64,000 bases of DNA from a virus (IMGVR_UViG_2935054407_000002:37578-101577), one strand, 5' to 3'. Counted from the stretch's first letter, positions 45,711-55,575 are shown. Notes: generated from the sequence alone by a model not told the origin. A program made the numbers and translations.

Positions 45711-46486
45711 GACGCCTCCGCTAGCCGGGCTTGAGCGCGTTCCCGCGCCACCCTCAGCGACGTGTACGGCACCCCCATGGCGCGGGCAGCGGCTTTCACC
45801 GTCTGTCCCCTCGCCACGATGCGGTCGGAGCGGCGCAGCAGATCCAAGTCCCGGGCCTGAGCGGCGGGATCCTGCTCCTTCGTCACTTCAGTGCGGGAAC
45901 CCTGCTTACGCGACCGCCGACGCCGCTCACTGGCGCGCTCGTCCGGAGTCATGCCACCCCAAGTGCCGTACCGCTCCGGCTGCTCAAGGGCGTAATCGAG
46001 GCATTCGGAGCGCACCGGGCACCAGCCGCACAGCCGCTTCGCATACCGCTCGCGATCATCACGATCCGGCGGCCGTTCCCCCTCCCCAGGGAAGAACAAC
46101 ATCAGGTCCTCGTCGCGGCACGCAGCCCGACTCATCCACTCAACGTCCAGCACCCGCTGAACCGGCTTCGGCGCAGGCTCAGCAACCACCTCTGCGGGCG
46201 GCTCCGACGCGTCAGGGATCAGCCCGAACCACTCCAGCCACTCCCGCGCCTCAGCAACATCACGGGCATGCTCAGGCTTCGTACAGCGGCGCCGCGGCGT
46301 CCGGGTGCACCCGTGAGAGGCAGCGAAGTAGTCCGCCACCCACAACGCCGCCCGCCGGCGCTCTTCATCACTCGCGATCGGAGCGGCCACGTACACCGTC
46401 AGCAGGGCATCATCAGCGAACCTGGGAGTGGCCGGCTTCGAGTCGAAGGTGCGGTCTGCTTGCTCGATCCTCCACGCGGTCGCCAT
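45707..46486 (-). CDS. WhiB-like domain fused to a C-terminal HTH
   Basis: CRDEDLMLFFP...CGWCPVRSECLDYALEQPERYGTWGGMTPDER. C-terminal GQTVKAAARAMGVPYTSLRVARER. Confidence 0.65.
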   Translation of the reverse strand: MATAWRIEQADRTFDSKPATPRFADDALLTVYVAAPIASDEERRRAALWVADYFAASHGCTRTPRRRCTKPEHARDVAEAREWLEWFGLIPDASEPPAEVVAEPAPKPVQRVLDVEWMSRAACRDEDLMLFFPGEGERPPDRDDRERYAKRLCGWCPVRSECLDYALEQPERYGTWGGMTPDERASERRRRSRKQGSRTEVTKEQDPAAQARDLDLLRRSDRIVARGQTVKAAARAMGVPYTSLRVARERAQARLAEAS

Positions 46487-46680
46487 CAGGTTGCCTCCGT
46501 TCGGTGCTGTTCGGCAGTGTTCAAAACCGTCCACTCGTGTCCAGCGGTCTCCAGTGCTGTCCGGGTGAGAGCGGCCATCGCGGCGACCCGGGCCCGCGCC
46601 GCCGCCGCCGCGGTCTCGTCCGCGGCGGCACGTTCCAGGCACGGCAAGTGCGCAGCCAGGCGAGCAAGCGTGGCCTCAGG
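46486..46680 (-). CDS. Small hypothetical protein
   Basis: Start MPEATLARLAAHLPCLER... Confidence 0.3.
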   Translation of the reverse strand, partial: PEATLARLAAHLPCLERAAADETAAAAARARVAAMAALTRTALETAGHEWTVLNTAEQHRTEAT

Positions 46681-46761
46681 CATCCGTGACCTCCTCCGTG
46701 TGTGGTCCGGTACAGGGGTGGCCCTCCCACTCGGCAAGGGCGCAGCAGTAAGGGCGAGGCA

Positions 46762-47832
46762 TCACGCCGGCACCGGCTCTCCGCTACGGCACCCGTGAGG
46801 CGAGCAGCTCCCTGGCGCACCCAGCTCAAGCCGCTCCTCGCTGATCGCGTCGAAAATCGTGTCCTGTCGAGACAGCCACTCAGCGGCCGTGACCCGGTCG
46901 ATTGGCGCCTTGTCCAGGGGGAGACGAGAAGCGTGCAGGTATTCCTCGATGCCGTCTGGCCTGGCCTGTGCGCGGAGTGCGTAGTCGAAGGCGACCGCGT
47001 CGGCGAATTCCGCGGGATGGTTGTCGCGCATGTCGCGCCACTGGGCGTTGCCATGAAAAGGACACCCGATGCACGCGGATTTCGGAACGTTCCGGTATCC
47101 GTGGGCGCGCAGATACCGCTTACAGTCCTCGACGGTCCAACCCTTGCGCCCGTCCGCGGCATCAGTCATATCGAGCAGCGGATGAACAGACCGCAGATAC
47201 TTCACGCCGGAGTCTCTGGCCCGGTCGATCTCGTCTCTGCTGATTCCAATCCACTGCTCAGCGAACACGCCGCGAGGAACTTGAGTGGGGTGCGGGTAGC
47301 CGAGCAGTTCCCGAGCTTTGACTTTGATGACGCGCAGCTTGTACTCGTTGGTGCACTGCCGGCGGCCCATGCCGCGTGAGCGGACGATGCGGGGCTCTCC
47401 CCAGCGCACAACGAGGACACCGGTGTTTGAGCACGTGGAACAGTTGGCCGGCGCGAGAGGTGTTCCGTCGGCCTCCACGGTGTCGGCGTCGAGGTCAGCC
47501 CAGCCGCAGGTGCAGGGCGCAGTTTCGATCGGGTCACGAACTTCGACCGGCGGTCCGAGCGTGAACGTCGGCATCGACACGAAACGATGCGCCGGGTCTA
47601 AAGCGTCATCGCGAATGTTGCCCGCCGAGACCTGGTACAGGGGAATCCCGGCGGGGGCGAGAATCTCACGCTCAAGCCGATTCAAGTGGGCATAGACCGA
47701 CCTCGGCTCCCAGCCGGTGTCAGCGAAAATCGCCGCATCCGGCTTCGGCAGTAAGCCTTCCTTGACGGCAAGCGCTATTGCCGAAGTCTGCCGACCGGCA
47801 CCCATGCTGATGTAGACCAAAGTGGGCTTCAT
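46762..47832 (-). CDS. Phosphoadenosine-phosphosulfate reductase family protein (IbrA/DndC-like PP-loop ATPase)
   Basis: PP-loop-like SMGAGRQTS. C-terminal CIGCPFHG. Confidence 0.65.
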   Translation of the reverse strand: MKPTLVYISMGAGRQTSAIALAVKEGLLPKPDAAIFADTGWEPRSVYAHLNRLEREILAPAGIPLYQVSAGNIRDDALDPAHRFVSMPTFTLGPPVEVRDPIETAPCTCGWADLDADTVEADGTPLAPANCSTCSNTGVLVVRWGEPRIVRSRGMGRRQCTNEYKLRVIKVKARELLGYPHPTQVPRGVFAEQWIGISRDEIDRARDSGVKYLRSVHPLLDMTDAADGRKGWTVEDCKRYLRAHGYRNVPKSACIGCPFHGNAQWRDMRDNHPAEFADAVAFDYALRAQARPDGIEEYLHASRLPLDKAPIDRVTAAEWLSRQDTIFDAISEERLELGAPGSCSPHGCRSGEPVPA

Positions 47833-48011
47833 TCGCTCTCCTTGCGTGGGTTGTGGTTGGCGAGACGGTCGGCTTCTTCGTGGAGCGCGGCAGTCAGCCG
47901 GAAGCCGAGAACCGGGTCGTCCGGCATGTCGAGGGTGAAGCGGCGGTGCTGGTGGGCGACGACGGCCGCACCCGCCAGCACCACCGCGGCAAAGGGGAGG
48001 AGGCCGCTCAC
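47829..48011 (-). CDS. Small hypothetical protein
   Basis: 60 aa ORF. ATGA coupling. Confidence 0.3.
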   Translation of the reverse strand: MSGLLPFAAVVLAGAAVVAHQHRRFTLDMPDDPVLGFRLTAALHEEADRLANHNPRKESE

Positions 48012-48232
48012 CGGCGTCTCCGCTTGGAGCCCTTGATGACCGCGCTCAGCGGGTGGTCAAGGTCGGGATTGGACATCACTCGAAGCGCGGGCTGAAGCGT
48101 TTCGGTCTGGCGCTTGCGTCGCCAGTCGAGGCGGAAGTCGTCGGCCGCCATCCACGCGATGAACGCCACGACGATGAAACCGATGAACGCCAACGCCGCA
48201 CCGGGAATCAGCAGCCACAGGGGAACGTTCAT
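48008..48232 (-). CDS. Small membrane protein
   Basis: MNVPLWLLIPGAALAFIGFIVVAFIAWM... Confidence 0.4.
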   Translation of the reverse strand: MNVPLWLLIPGAALAFIGFIVVAFIAWMAADDFRLDWRRKRQTETLQPALRVMSNPDLDHPLSAVIKGSKRRRR

Positions 48233-48420
48233 CGACGCCCCCGCCGCACCTGGATGAGATGCCATGCGCCGGCCGCAGCCGCAAGCACGAGGCTCACGGC
48301 GGCGGCGTACAGGAACGGCGAGAAGTCCAACGTGGCGGGCTGCTTCAGGATCAGCGTCAGCACGCCGAGGCCCGCTGTGATGCCAGCGGCCAAACCGATC
48401 ACGTACGGGCGGAGCCTCAC
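48229..48420 (-). CDS. Small membrane protein
   Basis: MRLRPYVIGLAAGITAGLGVLTLIL... Confidence 0.4.
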   Translation of the reverse strand: MRLRPYVIGLAAGITAGLGVLTLILKQPATLDFSPFLYAAAVSLVLAAAAGAWHLIQVRRGRR

Positions 48421-48720
48421 GCCTCCCCCTCCCCTGTGGTGGAGGGGTGGGCAGCGGCCTGGACGTCCCCATCGGGCGTCCGGAGGTAGTTGACGACCTC
48501 GTCCAGCACCTCCGGAGAGATGTCCCTGCGCGCTTCCTCGGGGAAGGCTGCTGCGAGGACGTCGGCGGGCACCAGGTCCTCGTAGTAGTCGGGCATCTGG
48601 TCCTCACCCACCTTGCGAACCAGGGTCACGAGGGAGGCGTACAGACGCTCTCGCTCGGCTTGAAGGAACGTCACCGACGACAGGAGCTGCCGGGCGGTCA
48701 TGTCCTCCGCGGCCATGTTG
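48417..48720 (-). CDS. Hypothetical protein
   Basis: Start MAAEDMTARQLLSSV... Confidence 0.4.
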
Positions 48721-48795
48721 AGCGCGATCCGCTCCCCCACCGGCGGGCCGTACTCGGCGCGGAACAAGGCATCGAGAGCGTCGATACCGGAGCGC

Positions 48796-49200
48796 TCAGC
48801 CACGGCTCTCCGCCTCTCCGGTGTCGGACTGGGCAGCAGCGGCAGCGCGGAGTTCGACAGCCACCACGGCGACATCAGCGACACGGTCATTCCAGGCGCC
48901 GACGATCGCCAGCGCTGACTCGTAGTCGGGAATCCACCCCAAGTGGGCAGCCAAAAGGTCAGAGGCTTCCGCAGCAGCCGCTTCCGCCGGGGAGCCCTCG
49001 TCGTCCCAGTCGTCCCACCCGTCCGGCTTGAGTCCGGCAGCAACGGCGATCGCTCCCATCGCGCACACCTTGCAGTCGCGCGGGTCCTGCTCTTCGGCGT
49101 ACTCGTAGAACTCCTTCAGGGCGAGCCCGTTGCGTTCGATGACGTCGGCCGCCCGGTTGAGGATCGCGGCCGGGGACAGGTCCAAGTGCTCTGCGGTCAT
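48796..49200 (-). CDS. Hypothetical protein
   Basis: 134 aa ORF. Confidence 0.5.
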   Translation of the reverse strand: MTAEHLDLSPAAILNRAADVIERNGLALKEFYEYAEEQDPRDCKVCAMGAIAVAAGLKPDGWDDWDDEGSPAEAAAAEASDLLAAHLGWIPDYESALAIVGAWNDRVADVAVVAVELRAAAAAQSDTGEAESRG

Positions 49201-49440
49201 CGGCTCTCCGCCTCTCCAGAGGAGACAGACAGAGCAGCGGGCGGGGTGAGCTTTCCGGACTCCAGGAGCTGCGCAGCGCGGCCCATGGACGCGGCGAAGC
49301 GGACTCCCCCGAACCCCTCGTCCTTGCCAGCAGACACCTGGCTAACAGATGCGGACATGAGCTCCTCCGAGTAGGTGCGGAGCTCAGCTACGCAGCGGGC
49401 GCGCTCGTCGGCGCGGATCTGCTCGGGTGTCTCGGTGCTC
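49197..49440 (-). CDS. Hypothetical protein
   Basis: Start MSTETPEQIRADERARC... Confidence 0.4.
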
Positions 49441-49605
49441 ATGCTGTGGGCTCCTGCGGGTACGGGTAGGCGGGAGAGGTCGAAGCGGGGTCCGTGACCG
49501 GCGGCGGTGAGATGGGATGCATCACCGGGGCAGGGCGGGGACGGCGGCGACCGCGACGCCCCTTGTGCGGGGCGACCATGCGGCACACCAGCTCTAAAGC
49601 GCTCA

Positions 49606-50110
49606 TCAGCGACGACCACCCTCCGCGCTGTTGAACTCGTCGTGAGCGGCCTTGAAATTCGCGATCAGCGCTTCCGGGTCCGCCGACAGCTCCCCCGGTG
49701 CTGCGGGCTTCGCCATCGGGGAGTCCGCCCGGTCCGGGTTGCACAGGTGACCGCCGTCCTTCAGTTCGCGGCCGGCGTGAACCCAGCCGATGTCGCCGTA
49801 CACGATGAGAGCCCCACAGGCGCCGCACTTGGCGGGGGCGATAGGCGGGACGGGCTTCGAGTTCGTCTCGACGTCACGGACCGCCTGACGGATACCAGCG
49901 GCGTGCTCCTGCCACGCGGCGATCTCGCCCTGCAGCTTCGCGATGGCCGCCTCACGCTCAGCGATGGCGATGTCGGCCTTGTTCAGCTCGGGTTCGGCTG
50001 CCGCCCTGAACATGGCGACGATGGCGGGGCTGTAGACGATGCGCTCGGGCGCTTCGGCAACGAGGGTCTGGACGGGGGTCTGGGGCTTACCCATGTTGGT
50101 GATCTCCATG
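49606..50110 (-). CDS. Hypothetical protein with a zinc ribbon
   Basis: Start MEITNMGKPQ... CGACGALIVYGDIGWVH...C. Confidence 0.45.
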
Positions 50111-50179
50111 GTTCGGGGTGGTTGGATTGGTGAGCGGTCCCGGATCTCCTCGGCTGAATCGAGGAGATCCGGGCCGCTT

Positions 50180-50449
50180 CTACGCAGAGGTGAGGACGTT
50201 CGCCGGGGCAAGCGGATCGGTCTCCGGTCTCAGGCCGTGCTCACGCATCACGTCGTAGGCGGTATCGACCATCGCCTCAGGGACCGCCTGCTTGATCTCG
50301 GCGAGGACCTCAGGGTGATCGGCGGGGTCGTAGCCCGCGCTCACGAGGAAGCCGGCCGCCTCGAACCGGAAGTGGCCGCCCAGCGTGCCGCAGGCAACGC
50401 CGCAGTGTCCGCGCTCGGCCAGAATCCACTTGGGGCCGCGGGGGCTCAC
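50180..50449 (-). CDS. Hypothetical protein
   Basis: 89 aa ORF. Confidence 0.4.
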   Translation of the reverse strand: MSPRGPKWILAERGHCGVACGTLGGHFRFEAAGFLVSAGYDPADHPEVLAEIKQAVPEAMVDTAYDVMREHGLRPETDPLAPANVLTSA

Positions 50450-50928
50450 TCGGCACCGCCAACCGGAGTGACGAGAGTGCCGTTAGACAGGTGGCGAACC
50501 TCCACCAAGCCGGGCATGTGAGGGTCCTCGAACATGACCCTGCGGTGGCCATCGAAGTGCTCACTGACGCTGATACCAGTGATGCGGACCTCCTGCCCGC
50601 CATTCAGCTCGGGGTGGCAGATCAGCGCGTTGACCGACATCTGGTCGACGCGGACGCCAGCGGGTTCGGGCTCTACCTGACCCGGCTCCGACGATGGCTC
50701 GGGCTCAGGTGCTCCGCCAGCGACCTCCTGCCACGCGATCAGGTCTTGGTCCGGCGGGGCGTCGCGGAACATGGCGGGGCTGCACACGGCGGTCGCAGCA
50801 GCCAGGGCGAGGGTCGCATGCACCTGAGCGGCGCCGAGGAAGTAGAGCCCCACGCTGGCGCCTTGGGGAGCGTCCTCAGCTTCTGTGAGCAGCCGCTCGG
50901 CCTCGCGGTAATGATCAGGACCGTTCAT
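50446..50928 (-). CDS. Hypothetical protein
   Basis: 160 aa ORF. Confidence 0.5.
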   Translation of the reverse strand: MNGPDHYREAERLLTEAEDAPQGASVGLYFLGAAQVHATLALAAATAVCSPAMFRDAPPDQDLIAWQEVAGGAPEPEPSSEPGQVEPEPAGVRVDQMSVNALICHPELNGGQEVRITGISVSEHFDGHRRVMFEDPHMPGLVEVRHLSNGTLVTPVGGAE

Positions 50929-50960
50929 GGGTGGTCTCCGTTCAGGTGGTCAGGGGGTGG

Positions 50961-51305
50961 TCAGGAAGCCATCTCGGACTGCTGGGTGGTCATGGCGCGC
51001 TCGTACCGCCATGCGGTCGTCGAAGAGATGCCGAGCCGCTTGGCGGCGTTCTCGGCGCTCTCACCACACGAGCGGAGGAACGCGTACTCCTCGGCCCGCT
51101 CGGCAGCGAGGCGGCTGTACGCCTCCCTGGCACGGTCAGCTCCCGCCCGGTATGCCGGAAGCGACTTCGCCTTATCGAGAGGGAAAGCGTCGAGGCGCCC
51201 GTTGTAGCGGTGACGCAGGTAACAGGCCCGGCGTAGACGGCGCGGCCATGCAGGACCCTCGACGCCGCAGCAGACACACACGATGCGCCGGCCGGAGTCG
51301 CTCAC
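50961..51305 (-). CDS. HTH DNA-binding protein with an N-terminal Cys cluster
   Basis: CVCCG. AENAAKRLGISSTTAWRYE. Confidence 0.5.
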   Translation of the reverse strand: MSDSGRRIVCVCCGVEGPAWPRRLRRACYLRHRYNGRLDAFPLDKAKSLPAYRAGADRAREAYSRLAAERAEEYAFLRSCGESAENAAKRLGISSTTAWRYERAMTTQQSEMAS

Positions 51306-51814
51306 TTCTCCTCCCCGGTGGGAGGAGAAGCCGAGGAGGAGGAGGAGGCGGACTTCGCGATGAGGTCAGCGGCGATCTCGTTGACCTTCTCCGGGGCGAC
51401 GCCGTACTCGTCGCGCAGCCACTCCCAGATCTCGCCGCCAAGACCGGACCCGGCGTCCCAGTCCTCCCACAGAGTTCGAGCGACCTCGTCCGCCTGATGC
51501 GAACCGGCGCGCTCCTCCAACTCCCGCAGCAGGAACGTGATGCCGTAGTAGGAGACGACGGTTTTCATCGACTCCATCGCCTCGTCACGGACGTGGTGAT
51601 CCATGGCGACGCGGAAGTGAAGCTGCGTGAACGCCGCGAAGTGCTTCGCCATCGCCTCCGCAGTGACGTCGTTCACGGATGTCGGGTACGGGGCGATGTC
51701 GTCCAGGGACAGCGGCTTGCCGGCCTGCTTGACTTCAGGGCACGTCTTCAGGTGGCCGAGGAACACCAGATTGCCGTCTTCCGGGCACGTGCATCGCGCG
51801 GTCTTGTGGGCCAT
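51302..51814 (-). CDS. Hypothetical protein
   Basis: Start MAHKTARCTCPEDG... Confidence 0.45.
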   Translation of the reverse strand: MAHKTARCTCPEDGNLVFLGHLKTCPEVKQAGKPLSLDDIAPYPTSVNDVTAEAMAKHFAAFTQLHFRVAMDHHVRDEAMESMKTVVSYYGITFLLRELEERAGSHQADEVARTLWEDWDAGSGLGGEIWEWLRDEYGVAPEKVNEIAADLIAKSASSSSSASPPTGEEK

Positions 51815-51827
51815 CGGGGGTCTCCAT

Positions 51828-52568
51828 TCAGGAGGAAGGGGGAAGCGGGGGCAGGAAGTCACCGCGAGGACCCCGACGGGCCTTCTGGCGCGCTTCCTCC
51901 TCAGTGAGGTCGGTGTGGAACATGTCGGCCGCCGTCGCCGGCGTGCCATCAGCGCGGTACGCGGGCAGGTCCTTGATGTCGTCGCCGAAGAACTTCTTCA
52001 TCCCGTGAGCGAAGAGGTCGCTCATGTTGGTCATGAACTCCTTTGACCACGGGCTGTCGGCGATGAAGGCCAGCAGCCGGTCATGGCTGATGAGCCAGTC
52101 GCCATAGAAGTCCCACTTCTTGCCGTTGGCGTCGGGCTCGGCGCCGGGGTAGTCGTCGGCGTGGTGGACGACGAACGACAGGTTCAGGTCGCAGTAGCCG
52201 CGAAGGCACTCCCAGCCCAGACGCCCGTCGCCGCGCTCCTCGTCCAGTCCCCGCTGGTCCTGGAGAGCGTGAAGCTGCTGCTTGTCAGCCCAGTCGCACG
52301 CCTCCCACACCGGAACGCCAAGCGCCTCGGCAACCTCGCTCAGGAGGAGGTAGCGGTCCTCGGTGCCTTCGAAGTGGACGGGCGCCGCCCCGAAACCGGC
52401 GAGGTCGATCATGTGGCCCGGCAGGGCGAGCGCGATCGGGGTGGTCTTGGAGAACTTCTCCAGCGCTTCCACAGCCTTAGCGATCTGCTCTTCGGGGCCG
52501 TAGTCGAGGAGGTGGTCGTCGTTGCGGGCGACGATGTCCGCCGCAAACTTCTCGAATACCGCCCTCAT
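51828..52568 (-). CDS. Hypothetical protein
   Basis: Start MRAVFEKFAADIVARN... ATGA overlap with the DinD-like gene. Confidence 0.5.
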   Translation of the reverse strand: MRAVFEKFAADIVARNDDHLLDYGPEEQIAKAVEALEKFSKTTPIALALPGHMIDLAGFGAAPVHFEGTEDRYLLLSEVAEALGVPVWEACDWADKQQLHALQDQRGLDEERGDGRLGWECLRGYCDLNLSFVVHHADDYPGAEPDANGKKWDFYGDWLISHDRLLAFIADSPWSKEFMTNMSDLFAHGMKKFFGDDIKDLPAYRADGTPATAADMFHTDLTEEEARQKARRGPRGDFLPPLPPSS

Positions 52569-53305
52569 GAGGCACCGCCTTCGATCGCGAACAGGTCGCC
52601 CTGTCGCGGGCTCCGGTCGAGCGACTGCCGAGCATCGGGAACGAAGACCTGGATCTTCCGCTTGGCCTCCCGGTAGTGGAACCACAGCGCCGGAACGCAA
52701 TGCCGGAACACCAGGTAGGCGGTGCCGGTCCACCAGAAGCAGTCAGCGAAGTCGGCCTTCGGCTCGAACTGCTGGTTCAGGACTCCGGCAGCCATGAGGG
52801 TGCGGCGCAGGTCCACCACGCCGACCCGGACCCGGTACTCCTGGCGGATGACCGTGCAGGTCTCCTTCCAGGTGTAGGCGTCTGGCTTGAACGGGTCGTC
52901 CTGAACTACGGGGGGCGGGGTGGCGCGTTCGGCTGCGCGGATCTCGGCCTCGCGGGTCTTGACCGCGAAGTAGGTCTGCGCTTCGGCGACGGCGGCCTTG
53001 CGCGGGTCGCAGTTCATCGCGACGAGGTAGGCGCCGTAGCGGGTCAGGTGGAAGTCGTCTACCTCGCGGCGGTGGCCTCGGCTGTTCTTAGTGATCTTGC
53101 GGGCGTCCGCAAAGTGATCTTGAACGTTCGCTCCGCTGTTCTCCGCAGCAGCCATGGCCCGGCCGATCGCGTCTTCGAACTGACGCCACTGCTCGTAGTC
53201 GAGCTTCGGCGACATCTCACGAGCAGACCAGTACTCGCCTCGCTCACCCACGTGCTTGATCGCGTCGAACGGCGAAGCGCCCCCCGAGGGCTGAATCTCG
53301 TTCAC
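52565..53305 (-). CDS. dinD: DinD-like DNA-damage-inducible protein (Bro-N-related)
   Basis: N-terminus MNEIQP...SPFDAIKHVGERGEYWSAREMSPKLDYEQWRQFEDAIGRA closely follows the E. coli DinD N-terminal pattern. Confidence 0.65.
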   Translation of the reverse strand: MNEIQPSGGASPFDAIKHVGERGEYWSAREMSPKLDYEQWRQFEDAIGRAMAAAENSGANVQDHFADARKITKNSRGHRREVDDFHLTRYGAYLVAMNCDPRKAAVAEAQTYFAVKTREAEIRAAERATPPPVVQDDPFKPDAYTWKETCTVIRQEYRVRVGVVDLRRTLMAAGVLNQQFEPKADFADCFWWTGTAYLVFRHCVPALWFHYREAKRKIQVFVPDARQSLDRSPRQGDLFAIEGGAS

Positions 53306-53514
53306 GCCGCCGACTCCTCGGCCACACCGATGCGGTTGCGCTTCAGGTAGGCGTTGATGGACTCCTCGGAGACCTTCACGTGCGAGTTGCGGGCGGTGCC
53401 CTTGATGGCTTCCAGTTCGCCTTCGCGGATCAGCTTGGCCAGCGTGGCGCGGCCGATGTCCAACCGTCCGCAGGCTTGCGCTGTGGACAGATACACGTCA
53501 CCAACTCCATTCAC
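53302..53514 (-). CDS. Excisionase/MerR-like HTH protein
   Basis: YLSTAQACGRLDIGRATLAKLIREGELEA. Confidence 0.55.
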   Translation of the reverse strand: MNGVGDVYLSTAQACGRLDIGRATLAKLIREGELEAIKGTARNSHVKVSEESINAYLKRNRIGVAEESAA

Positions 53515-53607
53515 TCTTGGCGTCTTTGAGCAAGTCTATGCAACTCTTGGCGCACTATGGAAGGGGAAACGCTCCACAAACTCTGAGCAGGTCTGTACAC
53601 ATGAGGG
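53515..53607. promoter_or_regulatory. Divergent promoter region with direct repeats ACTCTTGGCG x2
   Basis: Lies between the divergent HTH genes. Confidence 0.4.
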
Positions 53608-53952
53608 GTGAGTGATCAGCCCCCCGCCGCGCCCTTCCACGCCCTCGTCGTCAGCACCCTGAAACGACAGGGCAAGAACATGACGTGGCTTGGCCAGCGC
53701 AGCGGGGTCTCCCGTAACACCATCGGCAACTGGGCGAAGCAACCCCGCCCCCCACAGCCGGGGACCGTCCTGCAAGTTGCCGACGCGCTGGGCATTGAGC
53801 ACGACCGAGCACTCCAGCTCTCCGGGCTGACCGACGCCCCTCCGCCTCCTCTGGGCGAGGACTTGGCAGACCTGTCCACGGTCCCTACCGATGCGCTCGT
53901 GGATCAGCTCCGCCTCATCGGCGACGAGCTGCGCCGGCGTATCCCTGACTGA
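53608..53952 (+). CDS. XRE-family HTH regulator
   Basis: LKRQGKNMTWLGQRSGVSRNTIGNWAKQ. Confidence 0.6.
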   Translation: MSDQPPAAPFHALVVSTLKRQGKNMTWLGQRSGVSRNTIGNWAKQPRPPQPGTVLQVADALGIEHDRALQLSGLTDAPPPPLGEDLADLSTVPTDALVDQLRLIGDELRRRIPD

Positions 53953-54202
53953 CACGTCCCCTCCTCTCCTCGCGTGTGGTGGTTGGTTGGGTCTGCTGGC
54001 TCCCGTTCAGCAGAGAGACCCGGAAGGTCCCGTACGTCCCGCCCTCTCAAAGAGGGCGGGACCGACGGGTTAGGGGTGCGGCTGTGCTTGAGCGGGGTCG
54101 GGGCGATCGACGGCGAACAGGCCGTCGTCCTCATCGGGATCGACTCGCGGGTCCTCGGCGGGCTCTTCGGGCTTCAGGCACACGGGCAGATCAGCCACCG
54201 CG

Positions 54203-54343
54203 ATCAACCGCCCGTCACGTGGTTGACGAGCGCGATAACGGCCCAGATCACGACGCCGATCAACGCCAGCGACACCAGGGAAGAAGCGACGCAGACAGCG
54301 ATGAAGCAGCCAGCGCCCAGCTCTTCGGGCCCGCGCCTGGCCA
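54203..54343 (-). CDS. Small membrane peptide (46 aa)
   Basis: TGATG coupling to the lipoprotein gene. MARRGPEELGAGCFIAVCVASSLVSLALIGVVIWAVIALVNHVTGG. Confidence 0.4.
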
Positions 54344-55177
54344 TCAGTTGCCTGCCTTCGGCGGGACCGCGACGGAGTTGCCCTGCGGCAGAACGAACTG
54401 GACCCGGCCGTCACGGATCGCCTGCAGTTGGATGTAGCCCTGCCAGCCGAGGACGTCGACGAGTTCCTTGATGGACTGGATTTCGGTGCGGATCTGCTCG
54501 TTCTTGTTCTTCTGGGCGACGTTGCGCTCGATCGCCTCCTGAGCTGAGGCCAGCGCGTCACGCACGCCCTGAGGCGGCTGAGGCTGCTGCAGCGTTACGG
54601 AGAACCCGGTGAAGTAGCCTTCGCCGCCCTGCTCCTTCACGAACTGCGGGATCAGCTGACGGACCCGCTCTTCCCACGCCTGCTTGTCGACGCCCGTGTA
54701 CAGGCGCTTCCACTCGAACTCCTTCGACGCGGCGTCCAAGGCGCGGTCAAGGGGCTGGCGGACGTAGACGCCGAGGAGCTTCAACCAGCCGGCGTCCTCA
54801 TACGCCCGGAACTTCAGGCCGAGCTGCTCGTGGAAGCGCTGCAGCGTCTTGCAGTCCACCGTCAGCGTGAACGTCGCCACCCCCGGCACGGTGAGTTCGA
54901 TGTTGTCCTTGCTGACCACGGTCAACGGAGTCGTCTCCGCGTCCTTGGCGGTGGAGAACTCGTAGCTGCGCTGACCGGCCGGGTAGACGTAGCCGGTATC
55001 GAACGGCCCGGACACGTCCCTGACGCCGGGGTTGATGCACCCCTGGAACTTCGTGTTGGAGAACGGTCCGGCGTCGTAGGAGATGCCGACCTGGTCCGGC
55101 TCCGGCGTCGTGACTGAACAGCCCGTCAGGACGACCAGCGCGAGGCCAGCGGCGGGGATCAGGAGCTTGCGGTTCAA
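54344..55177 (-). CDS. Lipoprotein; full-length paralog of the host gene disrupted at the attachment site
   Basis: Signal peptide with lipobox LTGC. Aligns with host remnant 63671-64000 (CINP..., YP.GQR, PL(S/T)VVSK). Confidence 0.7.
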   Translation of the reverse strand: MNRKLLIPAAGLALVVLTGCSVTTPEPDQVGISYDAGPFSNTKFQGCINPGVRDVSGPFDTGYVYPAGQRSYEFSTAKDAETTPLTVVSKDNIELTVPGVATFTLTVDCKTLQRFHEQLGLKFRAYEDAGWLKLLGVYVRQPLDRALDAASKEFEWKRLYTGVDKQAWEERVRQLIPQFVKEQGGEGYFTGFSVTLQQPQPPQGVRDALASAQEAIERNVAQKNKNEQIRTEIQSIKELVDVLGWQGYIQLQAIRDGRVQFVLPQGNSVAVPPKAGN

Positions 55178-55437
55178 CGAACAGCCCTCTTTCGGGGGGT
55201 AGGCGGGTTGAGGTGGTTACGGATCTCGTCGGCCAGGACGTCGGCGTACTTCTCGACGTCGCGGGCGTCGATCGCCGCCTTGTGGAGGTGGTCGAGGAAC
55301 TCCTCGTGACGGCGGCGTTCACGCCGGTCCTCGCGGGCCCGGCGGGAGCGGGTCAGGATCGCGACGACCAGCACCACGGCCAGGGCGATCACCGCCACGG
55401 CTCCGAGGATGATCAGGGCTCTCATCAGTTCCTTCAC
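55174..55437 (-). CDS. Membrane-anchored small protein
   Basis: N-terminal transmembrane helix followed by a charged region. Confidence 0.5.
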   Translation of the reverse strand: MKELMRALIILGAVAVIALAVVLVVAILTRSRRAREDRRERRRHEEFLDHLHKAAIDARDVEKYADVLADEIRNHLNPPTPRKRAVR

Positions 55438-55503
55438 GTCGGGGGTCGGTCGGGGTGTCGGCTCTGAGCACCCCCGAAGGAGCCCAGAGCCGACACCGGG
55501 GTC

Positions 55504-55575
55504 AGAGGATGAGCAGCAGCACCATGAGCGCGATCAGCACCCACGTGAGGACCAAGGCCGGGTTGTCGTTCATGC
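55504..55575 (-). CDS. Tiny hydrophobic peptide (23 aa)
   Basis: MNDNPALVLTWVLIALMVLLLIL. Confidence 0.3.

Noticed and set aside
50927-51907. 326-aa + strand ORF across 50.9-51.9 kb
   Set aside because: It is Arg/Gly-rich shadow ORF opposite a run of well-coupled - strand genes.
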